Shown here: piece by piece, positions 12,054 to 26,390 of the stretch | How the letters are laid out: every line of letters begins with the position of its first letter | How positions within the stretch are numbered: position 1 is the first letter of the stretch | Source of the DNA: Eledone cirrhosa | Lineage: Eukaryota | NCBI GenBank assembly: GCA_964016885.1 | Contig: OZ024750.1 | Coordinates: forward strand, 53,754,001-53,818,000 | Length of the DNA: 64,000 nucleotides | Reading direction: 5' to 3' | The notes under the pieces: generated by a model | Databases searched by the model: none | Told to the model about the DNA's origin: nothing | The model's input: only the letters and a program-made list of their open reading frames with translations | Program-made: the position numbers and the translations under genes

Positions 12054-13605
12054 GTTCTCCTTTTACATTCTCTCTCAAAAGCTTTTCTATTTCCTCCATT
12101 CTCCTTATATTGGAGTTCTTGTTAGGTTTAATCTGAGTATTTGGGCCATATCTTCTGGTTTAAGGATACCTTCTTCCTTCCCACCTTCCCACCAGTCTCA
12201 TATAACTGGAAAAGGGTCAGGAGTACTTTTCTACCAGTCTAGGAGGGATGGAAAAGGGCTCGGAGCACTTCCTTTCTCTCTTCATGAGACTTGCCTTCTG
12301 CACATCCCTCCCTATCTAAACAATAAAAATACATACATGGATGCATGTACAAGCATACTCACATACATACATGTGTAAACACACACACATGCATATATGT
12401 ACAAACTTATACACCCATGAATGCATGTACAAACATACATGCATGCCTCCATATACAAATACAGAAATTGAGGTAGAGAGGTGCGTTACCTTGATAACTA
12501 CCATAAGTCAGAAATGGCTGTCAGTAATTTGCCCTTGCTTCTGTTGGAACTCGCTAGGTGGCGCCCTGCCACCACCTTTTAAAATTCATAGCTAAAGGGT
12601 TTCAAATGTTTATTCATAAACCTATCATATATTAATCGATATACAATATTTACACACACACATACACACTCACACACACACATTATATAACACACACACA
12701 CACACACACACATTACATATGAAGTGATGTAGCTACCAACACATAAATGCACACATCAAACACTACGCACTTCAACACAAGCATCTATTGAGCACATCAA
12801 TGTTAAAATAACATGTAATCAACTACACATCCCACAAACACACATACTGCACTCATCACATATGCTGTGTATCTATCTCATGACCTGTGAGACCCTTCAA
12901 GGACCTATCTTATTCCTCACTTGTCAACTTCCTGAATGAGTAGCAGCCTATTTCCTCCAGAAACACTCTGGTTTATATTTAAATGGTTATCTTTAGTATT
13001 TAAGTGTTTTTTCACACTTTCTCAAGAATTTTGCTTTAAGAGGTGAATTTCTAACTTCTTCAACTTCTGCACTCATAATATTTATCAGTCACCTAGTCTA
13101 GGATATGCACAAACTGGGAATATTCGGAATTGTTATTTTATTTACTAGTTTTAGCTATTAGACTGAAGCCATGTTGGGGCACCACCTTAAAGGTTTTTTT
13201 TTAGTCAATCATATAAAGACAAACATAAACACAAAGCTATAGTAAAAGAGACTTGCTGAAGGTGCCACATGTTGAGCGTGAACCTAAAACCATATGGTTG
13301 CAATGGGAACTTCTTAACCATATGGCTATGCCAGTGCCATATATCTGAAAACATAGTAGATTCATCGTCAGATGAAAAGAACTCGGAGAAATCTTCAAAA
13401 TAATAGCCCGCACTTGTGTGACATTATTAACTCAGGTCATCAACACCAATTTCTAGACATTCCTTCCACCTATGTCATGTAAGAATTCAGCTGTGAAGAT
13501 ATCAAAGAGATTATCTAATATGCTAGTAGAAACTGCTAAAAAGTCCAATGTATTCTCTTGAATTAGTTATTTGCCAGGATTTACTAAAGTTATTTCATTT
13601 TTAAA

Positions 13606-13798
13606 GGGCGGTGGATTGGCAGAATCGGTAGAGGGTCGGCGCTATGCTTTGATGCATAGAGTTACGGCCCTTGACATTCTGAGTTTGAATCCCGCCGAGG
13701 TTAACTTTGCCTTTCATCCTCACGGGGTCGATAAAATAAAGTACCAGTAATGTACTGGGATAATTGCTGGCCTTGTGCCAAAAGTAGAAACAATTATT
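13606..13798 (+). mobile_element. SINE family 2 (tRNA head, Meta-core-like), full length
   Basis: TGGCAGAATCGGTAGAG head, GAGTTTGAATCCC B box, GCCTTTCATCCTCACGGGGTCGATAAAATAAAGTACCAG core, ATT tail. Confidence 0.8.
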
Positions 13799-13899
13799 AA
13801 GATGGCATTAGTAACATGAATTAAAGGTTTCAATTCAAATAGAAACCCTTTCAAATGGGTGCTTTTCATTCATAGAACCAGTGGTGGGTGTTTTGTTAT

Positions 13900-16800
13900 C
13901 TATAGCTCTCCTCTCTCTCTAGATGTTAACCCTCCCTTTACCATATTTCTATAGCTCTCCTCCCTCTCTAGATGTTAACCCTCCCTTTACCATATTTCTC
14001 CAGCTCTCCTCTCTCTCTCTCTAGATGTTAACCCTCCCTTTACCATATTTCTATAGCTCTCCTCTCTCTCTAGATGTTAACCCTCCCTTTACCATATTTC
14101 TCCAGCTCTCCTCTCTCTCTCTAGATGTTAACCCTCCCTTTACCATATTTCTATAGGTCTCCTCTCTCTCTCTAGATGTTAACCCTTCCTTTACCACATT
14201 TCTCCAGCTCTCCTCTCTCTAGATGTTAACCCTCCCTTTACCATATTTCTATAGCTCTCCACTCTCTCTCTCTAGATGTTAGCCCTCCCTTTACCATATT
14301 TCTATAGCTCTCCACTCTCTCTCTAGGTGTTAACCCTCCCTTTACCATATTTCTCCAGCTCTCCTCTCTCTCTCTAGGTGTTAACCCTCCCTTTACCATA
14401 TTTCTCCAGCTCTCCTCTCTCTCTCTAGATGTTAACCCTTTCTTTACCATATTTCTCCAGCTCTCCTCTCTCTCTCTAGATGTTAACCTTCCCTTTACCA
14501 TATTTCTATAGCTCTCCTCTCTCTCTCAAGATGTTAACCCTCCCTTTACCATATTTCTCCAGCTCTCCTCTCTCTCTCTAGATGTTAACCTCCCTTTACC
14601 ATATTTCTATAGCTCTCCTCTCTCTCTCTAGATGTTAACCCTTCCTTTACCACATTTCTCCAGCTCTCCTCTCTCTAGATGTTAACCCTCCCTTTACCAT
14701 ATTTCTATAGCTCTCCACTCTCTCTCTCTAGATGTTAGCCCTCCCTTTACCATATTTCTATAGCTCTCCACTCTCTCTCTAGGTGTTAACCCTCCCTTTA
14801 CCATATTTCTCCAGCTCTCCTCTCTCTCTCTAGATGTTTACCCTCCCTTTACCATATTTCTATAGCTCTCCTCTCTCTCTCTAGATGTTAACCCTCCCTT
14901 TACCATATTTCTCCAGCTTTGCTCTCTCTCTCTCTAGATGTTAACCCTTCCTCTACCTTATTTCTCCAGCTCTCCACTCTCTCTCTAGATGTTAACCCTC
15001 CCTTTACCATATTTCTCCAGCTCTCCTCTCTCTCTCTAGGTGTTAACCCTCCCTTTACCATATTTCTCCAGCTCTCCTCTCTCTCTCTCTGTGTAGATGT
15101 TAACCCTCCCTTTACCATATTTCTATAGCTCTCCTCTCTCTAGATGTTAACCCTTCCTTTACCATATTTCTCCAGCTCTCCTCTCTCTCTAGATGTTAAC
15201 CCTCCCTTTACCATATTTCTATAGCTCCTCTCTCCTTCTAGATGTTAACCCTCCCTTTACCATATTTCTATAGATCTCCTCTCTCTCTAGATGTTAACCC
15301 TCCCTTTACCATATTTCTCCAGCTCTCCTCTCTCTCTCTAGGTGTTAACCCTCCCTTTACCATATTTCTCCAGCTCTCCCCTCTCTCTAGATGTTAACCC
15401 TCCCTTTACCATATTTCTCCAGCTCTCCTCTCTCTAGATGTTAACCCTTCCTTTACCACATTTCTCCAGCTCTCCTCTCTCTCTCTAGGTGTTAACCCTC
15501 CCTTTACCATATTTCTATAGCTCTCCACTCTCTCTCTAGGTGTTAATCCTCCCTTTACCATATTTCTATAGCTCTCCACTCTCTCTCTAGGTGTTAATCC
15601 TCCCTTTACCATATTTCTCCAGCTCTCCTCTCTCTCTCTCTCTAGATGTTAACCCTCCCCTTACCATATTTCAATAGCTCTCCTCTCTCTCTCTAGATGT
15701 TAACCCTCCCTTTACCATATTTCTATAGCTCTCCTCTCTCTCTCTCTCTAGATGTTAACCCTCCCTTTACCATATTTCTCCAGCTCTCCTCTCTCTCTCT
15801 AGATGTTAACCCTTCCTCTACCATATTTCTCCAGCTCTCCACTCTCTCTCTCTAGATGTTAAACCTCTCTTTACCATATTTCTCCAACTCTCTCCTCTCT
15901 CTCTAGGTGTTAACCCTCCCTTTACCATATTTCTATAGCTCTCCTCTCTCTCTCTAGATGTTAACCCTCCCTTTACCATATTTCTATAGCTCTCCTCTCT
16001 CTCTCTAGATGTTAACCCTCCTTTTACCATATTTCTCCAGCTCTCCTCTCTCTCTCTAGATGTTAACCCTTCCTCTACCATATTTCTCCAGCTCTCCACT
16101 CTCTCTCTCTCTAGATGTTAACCCTCCCTTTACCATATTTCTCCAGCTCTCCTCTCTCTCTCTAGATGTTAACCCTCCCTTTACCATATTTCTATAGCTC
16201 TCCTCTCTCTCTCTAGATGTTATCCCTCCCTTTACCATATTACTATAGCTCTCCACTCTCTCTCTCTAGATGTTAACCCTCCCTTTACCATATTTCTATA
16301 GCTCTCTCTAGATGTTAACCCTCCCTTTACCATATTTCTATAGCTCTCCTCTCTCTCTCTAGATGTTAACCCTCCCTTTACCATATTTCTATAGCTCTCC
16401 TCTCTCTCTCTCTCTAGATGTTATCCCTCCCTTTACCATATTTCTATAGCTCTCCTCTCTCTCTAGATGTTAACCCTCCCTTTACCATATTTCTCCAGCT
16501 CTCCTCTCTCTCTCTCTAGATGTTAACCCTCCCTTTACCATATTTCTATAGCTCTCTCTAGATGTTAACCCTCCCTTTACCATATTTCTATAGCTATCCT
16601 CTCTCTCTCTAGATGTTAACCCTCCCTTTACCATATTTCTCCAGCTTTCCTCTCTCTCTCTAGATGTTAACCCTCCCTTTACCATATTTCTATCGCTCCT
16701 CTCTCTCTCTAGATGTTAACCCTCCCTTTACCATATTTCTATAGCTCTCCTCTCTCTCTAGATGTTAACCCTCCCTTTACCATATTTCTATAGCTCTCCT

Positions 16801-19800
16801 CTCCCTCTCTAGATGTTAACCCTCCCTTTCCATATTTCTATAGCTCTCCTCTCTCTCTAGATGTTTACCCTCCCTTTACCATATTTCTATAGCTCTCCTC
16901 TCTCTAGATGTTAACCCTCCCTTTACCATATTTCTCCAGCTTTGCTCTCTCTCTCTAGATGTTAACCCTTCCTCTACCATATTTCTCCAGCTCTCCACTC
17001 TCTCTCTCTAGATGTTAACCCTCCCTTTACCATATTTCTCCAGCTCTCCTCTCTCTCTCTAGGTGTTAACCCTCCCTTTACCATATTTCTATAGCTCTCA
17101 TCTCTCTCTCTAGATGTTAACCTTCCCTTTACCATATTTCTCCAGCTTTCCTCTCTCTCTCTAGATGTTAACCCTCCCTTTACCATATTTCTATAGATCT
17201 CCTCTCTCTCTCTCTAGATGTTAACCCTCCCTTTACCATATTTCTATAGCTCTCCACTCTCTCTAGATGTTAACCCTCCCTTTACCATATTTCTATAGCT
17301 CTCCTCTCTCTCTAGGTGTTAAGCCTCCCTTTACCATATTTCTCCAGCTCTCCTCTCTCTAGATGTTAACCCTCTCTTTACCATATTTCTCCAGCTCTCC
17401 TCTCTCTCTCTAGATGTTAACCCTCCCTTTACCATATTTCTCCAGCTCTCCTCTCTCTAGATGTTAACCCTTGCTTTACCATATTTCTCCAGCTCTCCTC
17501 TCTCTCTCTCTCTAGATGTTAACCCTCCCTTTACCATATTTCTCCAGCTCTCCTCTCTCTCTGGATGTTAACCCTCCCTTTACCATATTTCTCCAGCTCT
17601 CCTCTCTCTAGATGTTAACCCTTCCTTTACCATATTTCTCCAGCTCTCCTCTCTCTCTCTCTAGGTGTTAACTCTCCCTTTACCATATTTCTCCAGCTCT
17701 CTTCTCTCTAGATGTTAACCCTCCCTTTACCATATTTCTCCAGCTCTCCTCTCTAGATTTTAACCCTTCCTTTACCATATTTCTCCAGCTCTCCTCTCTC
17801 TCTATAGGTGTTAACCCTCCCTTTACCATATTTCTCCAGCACTCCTCTCTCTCTCTCTAGGTGTTAACCCTTCCTTTACCATATTTCTCCAGCTCTCCTC
17901 TCTCTCTATAGGTGTTAACCCTCCCTTTACCATATTTCTCCAGCTCTCTTCTCTCTCTCTAGGTGTTAACCTTCCCTTTACCATATTTCTCCAGCTCTCC
18001 TCTCTCTCTAGATGTTAACCCTCCCTTTACCATATTTCTCCAGCTCTCCTCTCTCTCTCTAGGTGTTAACCCTTCCTTTACCATATTTCTCCAGCTCTCC
18101 TCTCTCTCTAGATGTTAACCCTTCCTTTACCAAATTCCTCCAGCTGTCCTCTCTCTCTCTAGATGTTAACCCTTCCTTTACCATATTTCTCCAGCTCTCC
18201 TCTCTCTCTATAGCTGTTAACCCTCCCTTTACCATATTTTTCCAGCTCTCCTCTCTCTTTCTATAGGTGTTAACCCTCCCTTTACCATATTTCTCCAGCT
18301 CTCCTCTCTCTCTCTCTAGGTGTTAACCCTCCCTTTACCATATTTCTATAGCTCTCCTCTCTCTCTCTAGATGTTAACCTTCCCTTTACCATATTTCTCC
18401 AGCTTTCCTCTCTCTCTCTAGATGTTAACCCTCCCTTTACCATATTTCTATAGCTCTCCTCTCTCTCTCTCTAGATGTTAACCCTCCCTTTACCATATTT
18501 CTATAGCTCTCCACTCTCTCTAGATGTTAACCCTCCCTTTACCATATTTCTATAGCTCCTCTCTCTAGATGTTAACCCTCCCTTTACCATATTTCTATAG
18601 CTCTCCTCTCTCTCTAGGTGTTAACCCTCCCTTTACCATATTTCTCCAGCTCTCCTCTCTCTAGATGTTAACCCTCTCTTTACCATATTTCTCCAGCTCT
18701 CCTCTCTCTCTCTCAAGGTGTTAACCCTCCCTTTACCATATTTCTCCAGCTCTCCTCTCTCTCTAGATGTTAACCCTCCCTTTACCATATTTCTCCAGCT
18801 CTCCTCTCTCTAGATGTTAACCCTTGCTTTACCATATTTCTCCAGCTCTCCTCTCTCTCTCTCTAGATGTTAACCCTCCCTTTACCATATTTCTCCAGCT
18901 CTCTTCTCTCTCTGGATGTTAACCCTCCCTTTACCATATTTCTCCAGCTCTCCTCTCTCTAGATGTTAACCCTTCCTTTACCATATTTCTCCAGCTCTCC
19001 TCTCTCTCTCTCTAGCTGTTAACCCTCCCTTTACCATATTTCTCCAGCTCTCTTCTCTCTAGATGTTAACCCTCCCTTTACCATATTTCTCCAGCTCTCC
19101 TCTCTAGATTTTAACCCTTCCTTTACCATATTTCTCCAGCTCTCCTCTCTCTCTATAGGTGTTACCCTCCCTTTACCATATTTCTCCAGCATTCCTCTCT
19201 CTCTCTCTAGGTGTTAACCCTTCCTTTACCATATTTCTCCAGCTCTCCTCTCTCTCTATAGGTGTTAACCCTCCCTTTACCATATTTCTCCAGCTCTCTT
19301 CTCTCTCTCTAGGTGTTAACCTTCCCTTTACCATATTTCTCCAGCTCTCCTCTCTCTCTAGATGTTAACCCTCCCTTTACCATAATTCTCCAGCTCTCCT
19401 CTCTCTCTCTAGGTGTTAACCCTTCCTTTACCATATTTCTCCAGCTCTCCTCTCTCTCTAGATGTTAACCCTTCCTTTACCAAATTTCTCCAGCTCTCCT
19501 TTCTCTCTCTAGATGTTAACCCTTCCTTTACCATATTTCTCCAGCTCTCCTCTCTCTCTATAGCTGTTAACCCTCCCTTTACCATATTTTTCCAGCTCTC
19601 CTCTCTCTTTCTATAGGTGTTAACCCTCCCTTTACCATATTTCTCCAGCTCTCCTTTCTCTCTCTCTAGATGTTAACCCTCCCTTTACCATATTTCTATA
19701 GCTCTCCTCTCTCTCTCTAGATGTTAACCCTCCCTTTACCATATTTCTCCAGCTCTCCTCTCTCTCTCTAGATGTTAACCCTCCCTTTACCATATTTCTA

Positions 19801-22341
19801 TAGCTCTCCTCTCTCTCTAGATGTTAACCCTCCCTTTACCATATTTCTATAGCTCTCCTCTCTCTCTAGATGTTAACCCTCCCTTTACCATATTTCTATA
19901 GCTCTCCTCTCTCTCTAGATGTTAACCCTCTCTTTACCATATTTCTATAGCTCTCCTCTCTCTCTAGATGTTAACCCTCCCTTTACCATATTTCTATAGC
20001 TCTCCTCTCTCTCTCTAGATTTTAACCCTCCCTTTACCATATTTCTATAGCTCTCCTCTCTCTCTCTAGATGTTAACCCTCCCTTTACCATATTTCTATA
20101 GATCTCCTCTCTCTCTCTCTAGATGTTAACCCTCCCTTTACCATATTTCTATAGCTCTCCTCTCTCTCTCTATAGGTGTTAACCCTCCCTTTACCATATT
20201 TCTCCAGCTCTCCTCTCTCTCTCTCTCTATAGGTGTTAACCCTCCCTTTACCATATTTCTCCAGCTCTCCTCTCTCTCTCTAGATGTTAACCCTCCCTTT
20301 ACCATATTTCTCCAGCTCTCCTCTCTATCTCTAGGTGTTAACCCTCCCTTTACCATATTTCTCCAGCTCTCCTCTCTCTCTCTAGATGTTAACCCTCTCT
20401 TTACCATATTTCTCCAGCTCTCCTCTCTCTCTCTCTAGGTGTTAACCCTCCCTTTACCATATTTCTCCAGCTCTCCTATCTCTCTCTAGGTGTTAACCCT
20501 CCCTTTACCATATTTCTCCAGCTCTCCTCTCTCTCTATAGATGTTAACCCTCTCTTTACCATATTTCTCCAGCTCTCCTCTCTCTCTCTAGGTGTTAACC
20601 CTCCCTTTACCATATTTCTCCAGCTCTCCTCTCTCTAGATGTTAACCCTCCCTTTACCATATTTCTCCAGCTCTCTTCTCTCTCTCTAGGTCTTAACCCT
20701 CCCTTTACCATATTTCTCCAGCTCTCCTCTCTCTCTAGATGTTAACCCTTCCTTTACCAAATTTCTCCAGCTCTCCTCTCTCTCTCTAGATGTTAACCCT
20801 CCCTTTACCATATTTCTATAGCTCTCCTCTCTCTCTCTAGATGTTAACCCTCCCTTTACCATATTTCTTCAGCTCTCCTCTCTCTTTCTAGGTATTAACC
20901 CTCCCTTTACCATATTTCTCCAACTCTCCTCTCTCTCTATAGATGTTAACCCTCCCTTTACCACATTTCTCCAGCTCTCCTCTCTCTCTCTCTAGATGTT
21001 AACCCTCCCTTTACCATATTTCTCCAGCTCTCCTCTCTCTAGATGTTAACCCTTCCTTTACCATATTTCTCCAGCTCTCCTCTCTCTAGGTGTTAACCCT
21101 CCCTTTACTATATTTCTCCAGCCCTCCTCTCTCTCTCTAGGTGTTAACCCTCCCTTTACCATATTTCTCCAGCTCTCCTCTCTCTCTAAATGTTAACCCT
21201 TCCTTTACCATATTTCTCCAGCTCTCCTCTCTCTCTCTCTCTCTAGATGGTAACCCTCCCTTTACCATATTTCTCCAGCTCTCCTCTCTCTAGGTGTTAA
21301 CCCTTCCTTTACCATATTTCTCCAGCTCTCCTCTCTCTCTAGATGTTAACCCTTCCTTTACCAAATTTCTCCAGCTCTCCTCTCTCTCTCTAGATGTTAA
21401 CCCTTCCTTTACCATATTTCTCCAGTTCTCCTCTCTCTCCCTCTCTAGATGTTAACCCTTCTTTTACCATATTTCTCTAGCTCTCTCTATAGGTGTTAAC
21501 CCTCTCTTTACCATATTTTTCCAGCTCTCCTCTCTCTCTCTATAGGTGTTAACCCTCCCTTTACCATTTCTCCAGCTTTCCTCTCTCTCTATAGGTGTTA
21601 ACCCTCCCTTTACCATATTTCTCCAGCTCTCCTCTCTCTCTCTAGATGTTAACCCTCGCTTTACCATATTTTTCCAGCTCTCCTCTCTCTCTCTATAGAT
21701 GTTAACCCTCTCTTTATCATATTTCTCCAGCTCTCCTCTCTCTCTAGGTGTTAACCCTCCCTTTACCATATTTCTCCAGCTCTCCTCTCTCTCTCTCTCT
21801 AGATGTTAACACTCCCTTTACCATATTTCTCCAGCTCTCCTCTCTCTAGATCTTAACCCTTCCTTTACCATATTTCTCCAGCTCTCCTCTCTCTCTCTAG
21901 ATGTTAACCCTTCCTTTACCATATTTCTCCAGCTCTCCTCTCTCTCTCTCTAGATGTTAACCCTTCCTTTACCATATTTCTCCAGTTCTCCTCTCTTTCT
22001 CTAGATGTTAACCCTTCCTTTACCATATTTCTCCAGCTCTCCTCTCTCTCTCTAGATGTTAACCCTTCCTTTACCATATTTCTCCAGCTCTCCTCTCTCT
22101 CTTTAGATGTTAACCCTTCCTCTACCATATTTCTCCAGCTCTCCTCTCTCTCTCTAGGTGTTCACCCTCCCTCTACCATATTTCTCCAGCTCTCCTCTCT
22201 CTCTCTAGGTGTTAACCCTCCCTTTAACATATTTCTCCAACTCTCCTCTCTCTAGGTGTTAACCCTCCCTTTACCATATTTCTCCAGCTCTCCTCTCTCT
22301 CTAGATGTTAACCCTTCCTTTACCATATTTCTCCAGCTCTC

Positions 22342-22372
<31 letters not shown>

Positions 22373-23762
22373 AGATGTTAACCTTTCCTTTACCATATTT
22401 CTCCAGCTCTCCTCTCTCTCTCTAGATGTTAACCCTTCCTTTACCATATTTCTCCAGCTCTCCTCTCTCTAGGTGTTAACCCTCCCTTTACTATATTTCT
22501 CCAGCTCTCCTCTCTCTCTCTAGATGTTAACCCTTCCTTTACCATATTTCTCCAGCACTCCTCTCTCTCTCTAGACGTTAACCCTTCCTTTACCATATTT
22601 CTCCAGCACTCCTCTCTCTCTCTAGACGTTAACCCTTCCTTTACCATATTTCTCCAGCTCTCCTCTCTCTCTCTAGATGTTAACTCTTCCTCTACCATAT
22701 TTCTCCAGCTGTCCTCTCTCTCTGTAGATGTTAACCCTCCCTTTACCATATTTCTCCAGCTCTTCTATCTCTCTCTAGATGTTAACCCTTCCATTACCAT
22801 ATTTCTCCAGCTCTCTCTAGATGTTAACCCTCCCTCTACCATATTTCTCCAGCTCTCCTCTCTCTCTCTCTCTAGATGTTAACCCTTCCTCTACCATATA
22901 TCTCCAGCTCTCCCCTCTCTCTCTCTAGATGTTAACCCTTCCTTTACCATATTTCTCCAGCTCTCCTCTCTCTCTCTAGATGTTAACCCTTCCTTTACCA
23001 TATTTCTCCAGCTCTTCTATCTCTCTCTAGATGTTAACCCTTCCATTACCATATTTCTCCAGCTCTCCTCTCTTTCTCTAGGTGTTCACCCTCCCTCTAC
23101 CATATTTCTCCAGCTCTCCTCTCTCTCTCTCTAGGTGTTAACCCTCCCTTTAACATATTTCTCCAACTCTCCTCTCTCTAGGTGTTAACCCTCCCTTTAC
23201 CATATTTCTCCAGCTCTCCTCTCTCTCTAGATGTTAACCCTCCCTTTACCATATTTCTATAGCTCTCCTCTCTCTCTCTAGATGTTAACCCTCCCTTTAC
23301 CATATTTCTTCAGCTCTCCTCTCTCTCTCTAGGTATTAACCCTCCCTTTACCATATTTCTCCAACTCTCCTCTCTCTCTATAGATGTTAACCCTCCCTTT
23401 ACCACATTTCTCCAGCTCTCCTCTCTCTCTCTCTAGATGTTAACCCTCCCTTTACCATATTTCTCCAGCTCTCCTCTCTCTAGATGTTAACCCTTCCTCT
23501 ACCATATTTCTCCAGCTCTCCTCTCTCTTTCTAGATGTTAACCCTTCCTCTACCATATTTCTCCAGCTCTTTTCTCTTTCTCTAGATGTTAACCCTTCCT
23601 CTACCATATTTCTCAAGCTCTTCTCTCTCTAGATGTTAACCCTTCCTCTACCATATTTCTCCAGCTCTCCTCTCTTTCTCTAGATGTTAACCCTTCCTCT
23701 ACCATATTTCTCCAGCTCTCCTCTCTCTTTCTAGATGTTAACTCTTCCTTTCCCAAATTTCT
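13900..23762. repeat. About 9.9-kb minisatellite, roughly 45-55-bp unit CTAGATGTTAACCCTCCCTTTACCATATTTCTCCAGCTCTC(CT)n
   Basis: Roughly 200 tandem units. Unit length varies with the internal (CT)n. Strong pyrimidine/purine strand asymmetry. Confidence 0.97.
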
Positions 23763-23855
23763 AAATAAAATTTTTTTTTAAAATACATGTGATTTTCAAT
23801 TTGATTTGAAAATAATCAAGAATTTGGAGGGATTTATTCATATGACTAACTTCCT

Positions 23856-24065
23856 TGGCAGAATTGTTAGACAAGTTGGACAAAATGCGTTGCAGTGTTT
23901 GTTCTGGCTCTTTATGCTCCGTGTTGGAATCCCTCTAAGGTTATCTTTGTTTTTTATCTTTTCACAATCAATAAAATAAAGTACCAGTCAGGTATTGGGT
24001 CAATATAATCAACTTTCCCTCACTCCACTAAATTGCTAACCTTGTACCGAATTCAGAAACTATTA
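23856..24065 (+). mobile_element. Old SINE family 2 copy nested in a piggyBac-type MITE remnant
   Basis: TGGCAGAATTGTTAGA head and ATAAAATAAAGTACCAG core. The flanks match the 63157-63366 MITE. Confidence 0.65.
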
Positions 24066-25005
24066 AGTTGGTGCTTGGAACATAACTTAACAAAAGTTCT
24101 TACATAAATTTATGATAGAATTTTTTTGGTATTTATAAACACTTTAAAAGTAAAGTTTTGTATCATAATTGTTTGTATCATAATGGAAGTAGAAGGATAT
24201 AAAAATAACAATAAAAATTTACTGATGAGGTGACTCCATACATGTAGCAGAATTGTATATATTGTATTTATTTATTTTGGTTGGCTGGAACTTGAGTTTC
24301 ACCAAACCATTCCACCCTAACTGCTAATCAGTTGACTTCAATAAAACCTGTGTACTAGTTAACCAAAATTCAAAAATCTATAAAAACATTGAGCGAATTT
24401 GAAGTTTTTGAAAGTATGTTAGCTTATTGTAAACTGCTACAAGACGGGTTTAACTATAAATTAGTCAAACAAGTTGGAAATATAGTTAGGCAGGAGTTAG
24501 TTCAATTCTTAGAAGTAACTCTGTCCATGTTTTTCCATCTTGTTCAACTATTTAATACTCAAACCTGCATTGTAGCAGTTAACAATAAGTTAAAATACTT
24601 TCAAAATGCTATATTTGTCTATATACAAAAATGATTTGTAGCTGTAGTTCAAAGGACCAGTATTGACACACACTGCCAAACTGAATCTCCCTGAGAGTTA
24701 CATTAAGGCTACATGCCTGTAGAATGTTCTGCCACTTTCACTTAATTTCAAAAAGCTCACTGTTCCTTTGATCAGTCAATGGGAACACCTTAGTCTAATA
24801 CTGCACATTTTCACAGTGATCTTTCTGTTAGCAAAGTTATTATAAACATTTGAATTAACAAACACATTTTTCTGCTAAATCATTGCAAGGTGTTAAGTGT
24901 TAAAATTTGTTGTTTACAAACAACATCATTATCATCATTTAACGTCCATTTTCCCTGCTAACATATATTTTACAATAGTTTAATCCTCTCTCTCTTCTTC
25001 TACAG

Positions 25006-25191
25006 GAGGTGTCTGACAGCACAGAATTAATCCAACCTCAGATTACCATGGTTTCTCAGAAGTCTGCTCTTGAAGTTACCAGTGAAGAAGATCCAGCATA
25101 TGATATTGAAATGCCACCTCCGATGGCAATCCAGGACCACACATTTGCTGCAACTCAGCCTGCAGCTACTGATGAAAGTCACACAAAGCTA
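25006..25191 (+). CDS. Internal coding exon (62 codons, phase 0/0) of an unidentified host gene
   Basis: Polypyrimidine tract plus TACAG acceptor, open frame EVSDSTELIQPQ...YDIEMPPPMAIQDHTF...SHTKL, and GTAAGT donor. Length 186 bp, non-repetitive and higher GC than the flanks. Confidence 0.8.
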
Positions 25192-25954
25192 GTAAGTAAC
25201 ACAAATTACTGCTTCTATCTATGAAGTAACATGCTCCCTTCTTCTTTCCCTAAAAAAAGAATGTAGTAGCAACATATCAGTTGTATTTATTATGAATTAG
25301 CCTCAAAATATTTCAAATGCACTCATCAGACATATAAGAGATGTGACGTTCAATTCCTGTCTGTGTCTCTCTGTTTTTCCATCTCCGGGGGTATTTAACA
25401 CGATTCACGCAAATATTACTTTTATCAACTACTATTTATAGTTGTCTGCATTGTGGCAACACATTTTCAAATTAAAAAAAAAAACATTTTATTTACAGCT
25501 CATCTTATATTTTATTTCACTGGTTGCTGTTATAACCTCTCTCTCTCTCTCTGCTTGCATATGTGAGTTATGAATTTTATTTCAGTGTTTAAGTTCTAAC
25601 CAAATGCTGATGGGAATTCTTTTATATTTTCTACTCCGGTCATGTTTTACATAGTTCCCAGCTTAATTCCATACATGTTTCTCTTTTAGGTTATTCTCTC
25701 ACACGTGGCTCTGCTGTATTTTTATTTTCTTTCTTAAACTTGGGTTTTATTTCAGGGTTCAACAGTTGTATTGATATCTCCATTGGGATTCTTTTTTTCT
25801 TTACAGCAAAGACCATGTTTTTTTTTCTCTCTTTTTTTTTTTGGGGGGGGGGGGGGGGCACACAATTCCAAGCCATAATTTCTTACATGTTTATCTTTTA
25901 GGGGTTGATCAACCAATCAGATTGAAGCCGTGAACGTATGTTTTTAGACAGTGG

Positions 25955-26390
25955 GCTAACCCTTCTAATACCAGCCCACACAAAATTGCCTCTAGCTCTA
26001 TGAAAAAAAAACACCCACTTTAAGCAGTTTCTTTTTAAATTAAAACTTTCCAACATAATTTGATATAACAACCTTTTGTTATTTCACAAATGCCATCATA
26101 ATAATGAAATAATTAATAAATTTAGTAAATACCTCCAAATTCTTCATTACCATATTTCTAATGAAAAACATTTCCTATGAGTTTCAATTAATATTGAAAA
26201 TAATAAAGAATTTAGAGGGATTTAGTAATTTAACTAACTTTCCCATCATCAAGCTGGTGTTTGGGACATAACAAAGGTTCTTAAATAAAATTATGATGAA
26301 AGATTTTAAGATAAATATAAACATTTTAAAATAGTTTTGTATCATAAAACCAGGGCGGGTTATGTGGTTTAGTATTAAAAGGTTTAATTC
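25955..26390. mobile_element. Two decayed piggyBac-type MITE (family 2) copies in opposite orientation
   Basis: Both halves align to 63157-63366 (TTACCATATTTCT...GAAAATAATAAAGAATTTAGAGGG...AAGCTGGTGTTTGG). Confidence 0.55.

Noticed and set aside
13900-23762. CRISPR-like repeat/spacer appearance and many short MVKGGLTSRERE ORFs
   Set aside because: The variable parts are only (CT)n length changes, not unique spacers. The context is eukaryotic with no cas genes, and the ORFs are repeat artefacts.
25165-25190. CTGATGA inside the exon (also near 24225 and 60483) as hammerheads
   Set aside because: No stem II followed by GAAA and no stem I pairing, so these are chance matches.
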